A stretch of DNA of 64,000 nucleotides from NCBI GenBank assembly GCA_013265495.1, contig MU058198.1, forward strand, positions 1,190,419-1,254,418. Direction: 5' to 3'. The notes beneath the pieces are model-generated. The model saw only the letters and a list, made by a program, of their open reading frames with translations, was not told the origin of the DNA and made no database searches. Below are positions 15,601 through 27,640 of the stretch, in pieces (the stretch's first letter is position 1; each line of letters starts with the position of its first letter). The translations under genes were made by a program, and so were the position numbers. Source of the DNA: Vicugna vicugna. Lineage: Eukaryota.

Positions 15601-18600
15601 TGTCTCATGGGGAGGTGGCCGCCCTGCACCAGGAGGGCAGAGGGCATTCTTATCACCAGAGACAGGGGTTCAAGGCTGCGAAGGCTCCATCCATAAACCT
15701 CGTTACTTCCTCATTAATTTACTCATCAGTTCTTCACAGATTTCTTGTTTCTTTACCTGAAAAGTATGAAAGCTGCCTGCTCTGGTCACTTTTTTGCGCC
15801 TTGTGTCTTTGGGACTCTTGGACATAGGAAATGAAATTTGCTTTTCTTCTGTTAACCTCTCTATGTCAATTTAATTATAGTGAAGAAAGGAAATGTTTTC
15901 CTCTTCTACACCCCTGGAATGCCTGGCTCATAACAGGTGCTCAGGAAGTAATTATGGGCTGAATGAAGGAGGTGACTGAATCGTTAGATAAGCCGCTTTG
16001 ATGCAACTTGACCTTGGGCCCTCTTCTCTGGGATGGATGAGTTCTGTTTGCCCCTCTGGACTCCGAGGGACTGAGGTAGCTCTGAACTTGGCAAACATTT
16101 TGCTTCTGACTGCCTGCCAATTGGGCGCTGTCCCCATGGGGCAGGAACCGCTCCTGGTGCTTGGCTCTGAACCAGAGGACACGGTGACAACGGAGGTGTG
16201 AACGCCAGGTCAATGATTGACTGGGGCTGTCGCTCTACTGCATATTTGCAGGCACCAAGCTGTCAATGCATCATTAATTGAGGCCCTGGAGGCAGCCCGA
16301 GTGCCCCTCCTTCCTGGGAGATGGTCAAGGCCAAGTCTCCCACCATCAATCCTTGGAGACTAGAGGAGAACCAGGACGGGGGCTTTGACCCAGCAAGGAC
16401 TAAATCGCACCTGCTGAGGAGGAACATTTTCATAAAAGTCACAGGGCCAGTAAAGTGTTGTCCCCTTAGCTCAGTGAAGCCCATTAAGTGGCAGAGCTGG
16501 CACGATTCATCCGTTTTAGGCAGTGAGAAATGGAGGCTGCCTTAAGTCCTCACAGTTAGTGCTGGTCCTAAAATCCAGGCACTGGCTCCAAACCAGCATC
16601 TCACTGCCTCTTTCCACAGTGGAGGGACATACTGAGGCAGAAGGGGGCTGGTCAAGCGCAGTAGAAATATGGACTGGCTCCTTACTCATCCCAAGCCTGC
16701 CACAGCAGGAGCCCTCGCAATTCCCTCCCATTCAAACTCAAACCTATGCGTGGAAAACCTAAGTGTTCCAGGCACTGGAGTAGGGTCAGGAGACTGATAG
16801 CCTGAGAAGAGTAAAAACCACATCTGTCATTTATACAGAGGACAGTGCAATACACAACAGGGGTCGGTCAGCTATAGCCCGTGGGCCAAATCTAACCTGC
16901 CAACTGATTTTATAAATAAAGTTTTATTGGGACACAGCTGTGCCTCTTTGTGTACATGACTCCTTTCCCACAGCAACAGTAGAGTCCAGTAGTTTCAACA
17001 GAGACTGTTTGGCCAGTAAGGCCTGGTCTTTTAGAGAAAAAGTTTGCGGATCCCAGTGCTAATTAGCTGGGGAGCCTTGAGGGTTATTCCACTCTCAGGT
17101 TCCCCACTTGTAAGAGCACATCCCACGTTGTGCTGTTGTGACATCTACAAAGGGACCAGAATGGTGCCTGGAACAGAGTGAATGCTTCAGACGCGCGTCA
17201 GGGCTTGTGCACTGCAGACTTACTCCTTCCCAGGAACCCTAGGAGGTAGGTACTTTCACCATCCTCGTTTCACAGATGAGGAAGTCAGAATTCGACAGGA
17301 AGAAGTATTGTTCCTCAGGTCTGTAGTGATGATTTGAAGCCAGGGGGGTGTCCGCCAGCTCTGGCAGCCTCTTCAGAGGCCCCAGGAAAGAAGGTGCGAT
17401 CGGCCTCTGCCCTTGTGTTCTCAGCTGAGTAGACGAAGGGGAGCAGATACAATTCTGTGAGGTGAGATCTTTGAGGGGGAAGAACAGATCCTGTGAGGTC
17501 GCAGAAGCAGGGCAGGCACTCCGACCCAGGCAGTCAGGGGAGACTTCCTGGAGGAGGTGATGGTGAAGCTTCCTGAATGGCAGAGGAGGTTCCAGGCACT
17601 GGTTCACAGCACAAAAGGGGGCACAGCCAGTCTGGAAGTCACCACACTGTCACCTTGTTGCCTCTAAGTGGAGTTAGACCTCACAAGTCCTTCAGGAGGC
17701 CGGGGCATCTCAGAGCCTCAGCCACTCAGGAGCAGATATGAACTTCGACAAAGTGACTTAGAGCTTCTTGTTTCTTCACAGCCCTCTCCCAAACCAACCC
17801 ATCACAAAGGGCTCCTCCCTTGGCGTCAGCGTGTGGCATTGAGGGTTGTCACTTGGTACTTACGAAGCAGCAGACTTTGTCCCTTTTCTCACTGCTCCTG
17901 CCCTCTCTTCCTGTCTCTTTTCCTTCTGCACACACTATCCTGTTACAAACCAGCTGGAAGCCACCGCATTGCTGAGTCTTTTACGTAACCTTCTCTGAGG
18001 CTGGCTGTATCCTCAGCACCGTCCTCCGTTAAATCTGGCCTGTGAGCCTCATGCCCTCTTGTGTCCATTCTGAGAACTGCAAGGCAACCTGCAGCCCCTG
18101 CACCTGGTGGCCCTTTCCTCTCCCTGCCCCTTTAGTTCTCGCAGCAACACTCAAGCAGGTTTATCGCAAACCTGCTAAATGCCAGGTGCTGCAAAAGACA
18201 GTCTTAGTTTTCTGAGACTCAATCATTTAACACACACGATGGGAACATTCTACTCACATAGTAGAGGTTGTGCTGGGCACGTCTGTTTTTTAGTTTTATT
18301 CCATCCATCCATTGTATATGAGATTATGCATCAATATATTTAACATTTTTAAAAATCAGAGCCTACCATGTGCCACATGGAGGCACAAAGTTCTTTAAGC
18401 TTCTTTCAACATCAAGATAGGGCTTGATACGCGGTAGAGGCTTAATAAAAGGGTGTGGAATAAGTGGGCAAATGAGTTAATGAGCTAAATGGACGATGAC
18501 AGAAGCTGAAGGGTTTGGCAGTTGCCCTGTCCCAAGCCCGTCTTGTTCTAGCATCTCCCTGTCTCCTTTTTGGTCAATCAGTGCTTCCTTGGCCTGGGAA

Positions 18601-20059
18601 CCTGTCAAAATCATTCTAAAGTGGAAGATTGCATGGGAGTGGGGAGTTAGGTGAGTTGGGAACTCACTCTCTGGTCTCCAATAGTTTATAAACCATGCAC
18701 CTCCCCATCCCACCTCCTGGTGCATCCCGGGCCCCCCAGCAGAGACGCAAGCTGTAGTGGAAGCAGCTACATGTCCACCAAAATCTTTTTTTTCCCTTAT
18801 GGACATAAAGCAGGGCCATATTTCTCACCCTTTCAGTTGGGTGGAAGCGTGTAACAGAATTCTGGTCAATAAGATGAACATAGAAGTGATATTTGTCACC
18901 TCCAGGCTTGGGCCACGGACACCACCAGCAGCATTCCTCTGCCTCCCAGGACCTGCTGCTGGCCAGATGCAGAGGAGACAGCAGATGGCTTGCAGTCCTA
19001 GGGGAGGACTGAGCCGCAGGCTGGAAGGAACCTTGGTCTTTGAAAGACTATGTGGAGCAGAGCCCCCACCTCCACCCCCTGGCTGCTAACTGGGCTTCGT
19101 GCAAGCCAGAAATAGACTTGTTAAGCCAGCGTTTACGTGTCTCTGTAGCTAGCAGCACCTTAGGTGACACACAAGCACTGTTACCTTTGCAGCTGATGGG
19201 CTCTGATCTGTTGCCCTCGAAAAACAGCTTCAGCTCCGGGGCCTTCTCGACGCCAAACTCCTCCTGAAGTTCCTTCTCAACCGTGATGTCCACTTTGCCA
19301 AAGCCAAGCCCGTTCTTGCCTTTCCCCATGATCTCCACGGCTTTGCCCAGCTCCTCCGCCATGCTCCTGGATTGCTGGGAGGACGGGCTGTCTGAAAGAG
19401 CCAGCATGCAAACAGAACTTGAGGGTCTCTCCTCTCCGGCCCCATCTCCCGAGGAGGAGGCTTTGCGTGGCCTGCTCAGCTCCTGGGCCTTCCTCGCGCT
19501 CCACTGCTAGTAGGTAGACTCAGAAATGCGACAGGTTGGGAGACACACGGTTCCTCCAATTGGCCATCATGGGAGACACGCATCAGGGTTCTTTGGGTTG
19601 GGCAACACTGGAAACAATCTAACTTTGGGCAACTTAATCACTCGAAACCCCACTTCCCTCCATAAAGTAGTGGCTACCTTGGGACGCTGTCAGAGTCAAA
19701 AGATTTATTTAACAATCCATCATGTAGTGCTTATTACTTTCTAAGAGCTTTACATGGATTAAGCCACTTGATCCTCCCAGTGCCCCTATGGGGTAGGTGC
19801 TGCCAACGTTGTCTCACTTTTATGAATGAGGAAACCAGTGCACAATTAAAATGACTTGCTCGCCCAAGGCCACGCGGCAGTGGGAGGTCGAGCAGGATCA
19901 GACCCACGCCATCTGGCTTCAGAGTGCCTGCTCTCCAACCTCCACGGGCACGTCCGACCCTTAGCACAATGCCTGGCACGTGGTACATACACAATGCATT
20001 CTTATTACTACTGTTATTATTGCAAACTTTCTTCGGTCAGAAATTATAGTGGAGGTGGG

Positions 20060-20098
<39 letters not shown>

Positions 20099-23000
20099 GT
20101 GTGAGCGCCATCTAGTGGAAAGTCTTGGCGCTAACAGGCCAAGTTGGGTGCCTTCAGTTGTCCAGGGTCTGCTCATGGGCAGGGGATGGTCATGGAAAGA
20201 AGGCCAGGTGTGGAAAGGGTAAGGATAGAAGGTCATGATGCTCCCCTACTCACTCAGCCCATCCTCCTGGGAAGGAGTGTTAAAGAGACCTGACACCATT
20301 GATTAAGATTCCTGGGCCCCTCTCGTTGCTGGGTAGTGGGGACCCCTTTTTGGGAGAGTCTCAGGGGGTTGGTACTTGACCCCGGTAGCAGAAGAGGCCT
20401 TCCTGGCCTAAATGGGAGGGGCTAAAAGGTGGCCGTGTTTGCCTTTCCTCCTCCTGTGTGTGGCTTGCAACCCTCCCGTCTCGGCCCCTCACTGCCCAGT
20501 GTCTGCAGCAGGAGGGCTGAGCCAGGGCAGGGGAAGGGGGTCACTGATGCCCTTTCGAGCCAGAACACCTTATCTTTTTCAAACTTTCTTCTCCATCTGG
20601 AGCACTTGGAAAAAGTGCAAATCACTTCCACTGCCACGGGCAGTTCCAAGTTCAACAGAGAAGTCTTTTGTAAAGCAAAACCCAGAAAGCCAGGCCTATA
20701 ACGGCTGCCCCACACCCCAGTCATTGCCAGTCAGCACACCTGCTCCGGTGATGGAACCCGAAGGTGAGTGATTGTTTTCATTAAACTCCCAGTCAATGGA
20801 TGGGAAGTGGGACTTTTCACCTTCCTTTTAGGCCGATGTCTCTCCACTACCTGCTTGGTCACCATCATTGCCTTCGATATCCTTCATCCATCACCGCCAG
20901 CAGGCACTGGCCTGTCGCCAGCGCCTCTGGCCCGTGGGCCTCTCCCCTGGCTCCCTTGCGGATTCGGCCATGGCTGGCTGGTTGGGGGTTGCTGATTGAC
21001 ATAGTGTCCAAATCTGAGTTTCTAAGGGTAGGAGCTTGGGGCGAGAAAAACACTTGGAATGATTGTCCAAGCAGTGGAGTTTTTGAGGTTCCACGTGAAC
21101 ACTGCCCAGTGCTCTTCAATGTCCAAAATGGGAGCGAGAGAAAGAAGTTCTGCGAGCTGGATGGATGGGACCTACCGGTAATAGTAATGGGATTCATTCA
21201 TCTGACAACTTTGTTTTAGCATCTTCCATGTGCCAGGCACTGTTTTAGGTACTGGGGATTTAACAATGAACAGATTGATAAAAATCACTGCTCTCACTAG
21301 AGAAGGCAGAAAATAAATACAGAAGCAGACTATAGTCTACGTTAGATGTTAAGTGCTATGGAGAAAAAAGAAGCAGGGGTGGAGGTGGGGAGTGTCCGGG
21401 GAATTGAATTTAAGCAGGGAGTCAAAAGGAAGCCTCACTGAGAAGGAACATTTCAATAAAGACTCAGGAGATGAGGGAGCAAGCTATGTGGATACCAGGA
21501 GGGAGAGAGTTCCAAGCAGAGGAGCCATAAGTGCAAAGGTCCTGAGGTGGGAGCGCACACAGCATGTTTGAGGAATGACTGGAAACCCACTGGGTCTGAA
21601 GCAGAGTGAGCCGGGGTGGGTGCAGGTGACAGAGGCTTTGAAGGCGACTGAGTAGACTTTGACCTTTCCTCTGAGAGTTGTGGAAACATAGTGGATTGTT
21701 CTGAATGTTACATGGAGATTAGACCAAAGAGAAAAAAAAAAAAAGGAGACCAGCTGGAGGCCACTGTAATAATCCAGGTGAGAGGTAGTAACAGCTTGAA
21801 CCAGGGGAGGGGCAATGGAGGGGTTGAGAAGTGGTCAGAGCCTCGAGGGATTTTGAAGGAGGAGTTGACTGGATTTATTGAGGGACTGGAGGTGAAGTGT
21901 AAATGAAGGGAATCAAGGACGACTCTGAGATTTCGACCTGAGCAACCAGAAGACAGAGAAGGATGATGATGATGATGATGGTGGCGATGCTTTAGGGATA
22001 ATTACTCATGAGCCTAGAAATAGCTCCTGATAAGTCTCATTCTGGCCTCTCCCCACTGAGCATAGCCTTCATTTTCTGCTGTCTCATTCATGGAGAACAC
22101 TGTGGGCCAAAGGAGAGCTCATTCACTCATTCAACACCTCTGCACGCCCATCATGCACAATCCCAGATGTTAGCACTCCAGAGGTGAACAAGATTTGGCC
22201 CCTGTACCCCGTGGAGCTCACAAGTTTAAAGGCAGTTTCAATAGAGTGTGGCAAACGCTGTGAAAAGGAGGGCGCAGAGCGCACAGAGGGTCTTTGCGGC
22301 TTTTCAGTCAGGGAGTGGCCCAATGAGATTCGCATTCCTAGTCAGTCTAGGTGGAAGTGAGGTGGACGCAGCCTCTTGACAAGGCAACTCCATGAACATA
22401 TGCTTCGCAATCCAGGTGAAGACATTACCCAGTGAGACCCGATGAGATTTGCACTTTAGAAAAAAAGATATTCTCTGAGTACGTTGTCGAGACAGCACTA
22501 GAGGGGGAGGGGAGACCATCTAGAAGATGCTGCGGTGGGTCAGGGGCGGAATGGTGAAGCCAGAACTAAGGCAGTAGCAGGGGATGGGAGGACTGGAGAC
22601 TGCAGAGGGCTTTAGGAGGTGGTATCAACAGGACTTGGTGATGGATTAAGGTGAGAACAGAAAGTGGCCGCCGGAGTCTTGGTGTGGATAAGGGATGCTC
22701 AGCCAAGTGCATGCCCTGCTCGCAAGCTAGTAGAAAGGAAATGGCTCAGACTGGATCTCTCCTAAGTCTTGCTCCATGGGCTTGAAGTAAAATTAAGCGT
22801 GCATCCTGACACTTTGAAGGAAGCCAGGAACAGCCTGAGCTGGACAGAGGTCAGGGGCTTGGAGCTATTTTGATGGAATTTTGCACAATAGACCTGCTTC
22901 ACACTGGATGTAGGAAAAATGACCCAACCAGATTTTCCCTTCTGGGAACAATCAAAGTTAAGGGCACAAAAAGAATGACTTTGTTCTAGGTCACTATGAG

Positions 23001-24407
23001 TGAAGTGGCTGCACAAGCCAGCTGAGGAAGCAGCGGGACCCAGAGCAACTAAGCTGCTGGCACTGTCACTCACCCAGCTCCCCCAGTGAAGTCGCCTTGC
23101 TCAGAGAGAACGTGTCAAATGAGAAGTGACAAGAATTGAGGAAGGAACTGAATTTCAGGCAGGGGACACAAAGCCAAACGCTGTGGGGGTGAGGCAAGGG
23201 TGTGACTGCATGAGGTTGGCTGGATAGGGGTGTGGGGTAAACTGATGAGTGTGTTTTCTGTTTAAAAGTGGAGATCTTACCTCAGCTCCAGCCAACTGTC
23301 ACGTTGCCGGGATGTGAGCTTTTTGGTTTTCCAAGAGCGTACGTAAACTCAATTTTAATTGTGAAATGTCCCCAAATAGGAAGACGAATAGAGCCACCAC
23401 GCTGGGTTGTGGTTAGGGTTCTATCACTTACCATTTAGTGGGGCTGCAAGGACAGTGCCCAGCACACGGTAAGTGCTTGCTGTGTGAAGGATGCTGTGGG
23501 AATCCCTCCCACCCTGTCCCAAGGCACAGGTCTCTGCCAGTGGAGAAAGAAGCCTGCCCTCTCCATCACAGTGCCTGCTGATGCAAAGTCTAAAGAGTGA
23601 AAGTGGACATGCCAAGTTCAGATGATCTAAAAATCTTTTCTCGAGAGTGTGCCCTTTACTGTGTTCCAGCAACTTTTATTTTCATTTGTTTTAATTGGTG
23701 GGGGGGGTGGTAATTAGCTTTATTTATTTTAACAGAGATACTGAGGATTGAACCCAGGGCCTTGTGCATGTTAAGCACACACTCTACCACTGAGCTATAC
23801 CCTCCCCCCAGTTCCAGCAACTTAACTTACTATCTTATTTATTCTTCATATAATCTAGTGTAGTCCTTATGTTTCTGCCCATTTTACAGAGGAGAAAACT
23901 GAGGTTCAGAATGACAGAGACACCTGAGGGTATATCCTGGCTTCTTGCCTTCAGCGGGACAGAGGAACCAGATACAAATTAAGATCAAAGTGGCAACACA
24001 GTATTTTGCAAATTGGTTAATTTCCCTGGACCTCAGTATTTTCATCCAGAAATTGAGGATGATGTTATATACATTATTTTTTTAATTGTTAATAAAATGT
24101 GTTTTCATGTGTTTATCAATATTTAAAGCTCCCCTGGCTGCCAGGAGAAAGGAGGCAGGTCTCAGTCCACCCGCCACCCACTGCCCAGGAGTGGAGGACA
24201 CTCACGGAAGAGCACCATCAGGAAGCGGGTCTCATTCAGCATCTGGGTCAGGGCGGCAGGCGTTAGCACCATCAGGTTGTTCTCCACCAGGATGTGCAAG
24301 GGCTGGGGCACGTCGATGCTGGCCTCCTCATCGTCCACCTCTAGTGAGCCCTGGACAGTGGTGGCACAAGAGGCCACCAGCAGCAAACACATCCAGAGCA
24401 GCCCCAT
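457..24407 (-). CDS. PDILT: PDILT, testis-expressed protein disulfide isomerase-like protein; complete CDS, join(24206-24407,19185-19391,12981-13114,11939-12076,9808-9918,9601-9726,6879-7076,5312-5432,3043-3221,1544-1633,457-687), 578 aa
   Basis: 11 exons with GT-AG sites and matching phases sum to 1737 nt with no internal stop. The product has a signal-peptide-like N-terminus, thioredoxin-like domains with SQQS and SKKC in place of CGHC, and C-terminal KEEL. It matches recalled mammalian PDILT. Confidence 0.97.
780..1160 (+). mobile_element. Ancient MaLR (MLT1-like) LTR
   Basis: 3' end aaattccc...gcttaagcc...ttgcaac...ctaactaataca typical of MLT1; boundaries approximate. Confidence 0.55.
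1544..1633 (-). CDS. PDILT: PDILT coding exon 10 ([30 protein letters not shown])
   Basis: 90 nt; ttcttag acceptor, gtaagg donor. Confidence 0.95.
3043..3221 (-). CDS. PDILT: PDILT coding exon 9 (YAPWSKKC...FPTDSEQ), a' domain
   Basis: 179 nt; ttccag acceptor, gtgagg donor; APWSKKC motif. Confidence 0.96.
3563..3628. repeat. Compound (TG)n(AG)n microsatellite
   Basis: Directly visible. Confidence 0.9.
5312..5432 (-). CDS. PDILT: PDILT coding exon 8 ([25 protein letters not shown]...DVFVMF)
   Basis: 121 nt; ttcctag acceptor, gtaagt donor. Confidence 0.96.
6879..7076 (-). CDS. PDILT: PDILT coding exon 7 ([11 protein letters not shown]...FLNRKAK)
   Basis: 198 nt; tggcag acceptor, gtaagc donor. 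Confidence 0.96.
9601..9726 (-). CDS. PDILT: PDILT coding exon 6 ([22 protein letters not shown]...FQNK)
   Basis: 126 nt; tttcag acceptor, gtttgt donor. Confidence 0.95.
9808..9918 (-). CDS. PDILT: PDILT coding exon 5 ([12 protein letters not shown]...IEYSCE)
   Basis: 111 nt; tccaag acceptor, gtcagt donor; 81-nt intron to the next exon. Confidence 0.95.
10034..10506 (+). mobile_element. ERVL-class solo LTR (LTR16-like)
   Basis: tgt...aca ends; ctaaagcaagtccatt...caaggactc core resembles recalled LTR16. Confidence 0.5.
11939..12076 (-). CDS. PDILT: PDILT coding exon 4 ([23 protein letters not shown]...VLVFKK)
   Basis: 138 nt; gaacag acceptor, gtagga donor. Confidence 0.95.
12981..13114 (-). 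CDS. PDILT: PDILT coding exon 3 ([21 protein letters not shown]...IIGFFQ)
   Basis: 134 nt; ctccag acceptor, gtactg donor. Confidence 0.95.
14330..14820 (-). mobile_element. Old L1M 3' fragment
   Basis: Antisense L1 3' UTR phrases (attccattgtgt, tttggggctatt, ttctgttgggta). Confidence 0.7.
15462..15910 (+). mobile_element. ERV1-class solo LTR (MER34-like)
   Basis: Starts tgaagggg...agaatatgccacc and ends cttctaca; degenerate 4-bp TSD ctcc/cccc. Confidence 0.65.
16858..17056. mobile_element. hAT-Charlie MITE (MER58A-like)
   Basis: caggggtcgg...gggccaaatct...aataaagttttattgg...gaaaaagtttgc. Confidence 0.75.
19185..19391 (-). CDS. PDILT: PDILT coding exon 2 ([23 protein letters not shown]...EPISCK)
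   Basis: 207 nt; tttcag acceptor, gtaaca donor. Confidence 0.96.
20062..20091. repeat. (GA)n microsatellite
   Basis: Directly visible. Confidence 0.9.
21200..21960. mobile_element. L2 fragment
   Basis: L2-typical phrases (atgtgccaggcactgttttaggtactgggg, gtgcaaaggtcctgagg, gtaataatccaggtgagag). Confidence 0.7.
23676..23810 (-). mobile_element. tRNA-derived SINE (camelid Vic-1-like)
   Basis: Minus-strand A box (tagctcagtgg) and B box (ggttcaatcc); A-rich tail; 13-bp TSD gttccagcaactt at 23663-23675 and 23811-23823. Confidence 0.85.
24206..24407 (-). CDS. PDILT: PDILT first coding exon ([13 protein letters not shown]...RFLMVLF), signal peptide
   Basis: Kozak gcagccATGG; gtgagt donor at 24200-24205. 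An acceptor (ccctgcag) 10 nt upstream of the ATG implies an upstream non-coding exon. Confidence 0.96.
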
Positions 24408-26716
24408 GGCTGCTGTCCTGCAGGGACAGAAGGAGGAACAGAAACTCTTATCAACACATGTGGTAGGGCCCCCACATCATCACCTCCTCCCATCTCCTTC
24501 CCTACCTGGCCAGTCCCAGAATGGAGAAGGTGGCCTGAGCACATCCCACTGCCTCCAAGCAGTTCGCACAGCTCTCGGCAAAGCCAGCTGGCAGAGGAAA
24601 GGCAAAGCCTTAGGTTAACCTTAGGGCCCATGGAAACCTCACGGGGGTGCCTCAGAGCAGCAGGGTCCCACTCGGAGCAGCAGGAAGCCAAACCGCATGC
24701 CAGCCACTCAGCACACTGGCTCTCAAGACACTAGGTGAGAATGTTTCAGAGCTGAAACCCAGTTCAGAATCGTCGGGTGAGCCTCTGGGTCTCAGAGATG
24801 ACTAGTCCAATCTCCTATCACAGCCTCTGCTTCGTGCTCCTTCAGCTTCTGCTTGAATACCTCTTTTGACAGGAAGCTCACTACTTGACAGTGTACCCTC
24901 CCATTTGATTTTTGAGCAAATTTTCTAATGTGTAAATATTTTTTTAAAGTAATCACCATAATGCACACTTGTAAAAATTCCAAAAAATACTATAAAATAT
25001 GTTAAGCAGAAAATTTAAAATCTCTCCCATAATCCCACCCCTGAGAAAATTGCTCATAACAGTGTAGAATGAATCCTTAATGGATGTTGAAAATGCCGAC
25101 ATGAGTGTACATTTGAATGTACATCTTTAAACATAAGTAGAATCAAATATGCATATTGTTCATTCTTCTGATTTTCGTATTCAATGATATCAAACATATT
25201 CCAGACACCGTCTGATAAGGGTGCCTGTTAAGTCTGTAACATGAGTTCCTTTCCTCTTTTTCCCCCCCTCCTTCTTTTATTTTTTTATTTTTATTCATTT
25301 CTCTTTTTTTTTTTTTTTTTTACAATTCTTAACTGTTAGATGGTCTGGGTCAGCAGTTGTCTCTCTGTAAATTCCACTCTCCCTAATAACATATGTTTTC
25401 CCTAACAATTTAGAGCATAGGATCACTGTGTCAGATCTTCCTCCTCAAGCCTAGAGGCATTTCCCTGTGCAGCATACAGGCTATCCAAGTGTTTTAAAGA
25501 AGACCTATAGCAGGTGCCAGTTCAACTTACAAGAACCTTAACGTCTTTGTTGACTGCTATATTCTTAGCACCTGGCATCTGGACAAAGAACACGGCTGAA
25601 TGAATGAATGGATGCTTGATCTTTACTTGGGAAATATAGTTGGCAAACTAGCTGAGGATTTTAAAAAAAAATAGATTTGCCAATGTAATTTTTTTGGTCT
25701 GCTATATAAAGAATTGTGACCAATTCTCAGTACTAAATTTTATAAATACAGCTAAAGATACTTGTCTTGTACCAGGCACTTTTCTAGTGCATTTCATGTT
25801 ATCATCTCCCTTATGACAAATCTATGAGGTAGGTATAGTAATACGACAATCCCCATTTAGTGAGTATGGAATGAGGTACATACTTCAATAAATTTAAAAA
25901 ATAGAGGTACAGAGAGGTTAAGGGATTTGCCCAAGGCCACATAGCAAATAGGTGACGGTCATTTTAACCCAGGCAGTCTAGCTACAGAATTCATGCCCTT
26001 AACCACAGTGATGGGTGCACTGCCTCTCCAGTGGTCCACTGCAAATCTGGTACAGTGAACAGTGTTTTGAGACAGTAACTGATCCCCCAAACGTCCCAGC
26101 CCTGGTATTCACCATTCAATCATGTCCTGTCTCAGGGTGGGGTGACTGAGATTGGCACCTGAGAATAGAATCGGGTTTTCGGTTTGGGGCTGCAAAACAG
26201 GCCTTTGAAACTCAGCAGAGACAATACACTTGTCAGGACTCTGCCTGCAAGAACCAGGCTTTTTAGAAAGAAAAAGGCTTTTGATGACTCAATGGTTTAT
26301 GCTATAAACTCTAGGTTTGGAAGAACACGTCTACAGAAGGAACAATTACCTACCCCAAAGGAGATAAAAGACAGAGGGGAATGGGGAGGAGTGGAGAGAG
26401 CTTTGATGATTCTGGGGTCCAGAGAGAGGGGTCCTACACTCTGTCCCTTCTCTGCGCTGAAACCCCAGCCCCGTCTCCTTTTGCTCACCACTGCAGACCC
26501 GGTCCCCAGTCCCAAGACTGCCCACAGTAAAAGAGAAATCACGATGTATTAAGCTAGTATTTGAGCTTTACACTCATCATCTCCTTAATCCTCCCAGCAC
26601 GTCTGTGAGGCGGGTACAATTATGATGCCCACCTTACAAAGGCGGAGACCCATCCAAGAAGAAGGAGCTAGACTTGAGCTCAGCTATATCTAAGCCCTAA
26701 TGCCCATGGTGTAAAC

Positions 26717-26921
26717 TAGGGGTTGCAAACTGCGGCGCACTGCTGGTTCTTGTAAACACAGTTATTGGATCACAGCCACACCCACTCCTTCACTATTGTC
26801 TGCGGTGGCATTTACCACCACTGCTGAGTTACGTAGTTGCAACAGAGACAGTAGGTAGCCAGCAAAGCCAAAAAAAAATTTTTATGTTCTGGCCCTCTAC
26901 AGGAAAAATGTGCTACCCTCG
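26717..26921. mobile_element. hAT-Charlie MITE (MER58A-like)
   Basis: taggggttgcaaact...gttattgga...cacagccac...ggccctctacaggaaaa; similar to the 16858 copy. Confidence 0.7.
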
Positions 26922-27286
26922 GGTCTAAATTACCATACCACATTGCTCTCAGGCCCACACCTCAGATCTTGGACTTTGGAAGTGGTCACAGATCCTCAGA
27001 TTTGCAAAGTCCACTGTCCGAGCACAGCACCTCCATCTGCAGAACAGGGGAGTGGTCCCTGCCTCCCAGGGTATTGTGAGGATTCATAGAGATCTTGTGT
27101 TTGATTAGCACTTTAAGAAAAAAATTGTTTTGTCCAACTAATTCATTTAATTCTCACACAGACTCTACTGTCTGTTCCAGGCGTTCTCAACCATGGCCGC
27201 ACAGTACAATTTCCTGGAGGGCTTAAAAAGAATACTGATGCTTGAACCCAAACCCATTGGGCTGGGGTGGGGTGAGTCTAACGCAT

Positions 27287-27375
27287 CTTTTTTCTTTTCT
27301 TTTCTTTTCTTTTCTTTTCTTTTCTTTTCTTTTCTTTTCTTTTCTTTTCTTTTCTTTTTTTCTTTTCTTTTCTTT
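27287..27375. repeat. (TTTTC)n pentanucleotide microsatellite inside a MER5-like element
   Basis: Directly visible. Confidence 0.9.
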
Positions 27376-27508
27376 GCCCCCTGGGTGATCCTAATGTGTA
27401 GCCATTTATGCTGAAATTCAGACTGAAATTTGTAACCACCTCTGCAGAGGGAAAGGTGCCAGGACAGGGCCCTTCATTCAGAATTGGCATTTTCACTCCA
27501 GCTCATAC

Positions 27509-27640
27509 CTGCAGGAAGCCTGGTTTCTCTCAGGCCCACTGGGGCCAAGCCGGGGCCGGCGCAGCAAACTCTGTGGCCCTTAAGAAGGGAAGTCGTGGCC
27601 TGATGAGCAGGCTTCTTCCTGGCTTCCCTTTGTGACCAGA
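27509..27640 (-). other. Candidate PDILT non-coding first exon / promoter (5' end undefined)
   Basis: Minus-strand donor CAG|gtatga at 27509, in GC-rich unique sequence about 3 kb upstream of the ATG exon. Inference only. Confidence 0.35.
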
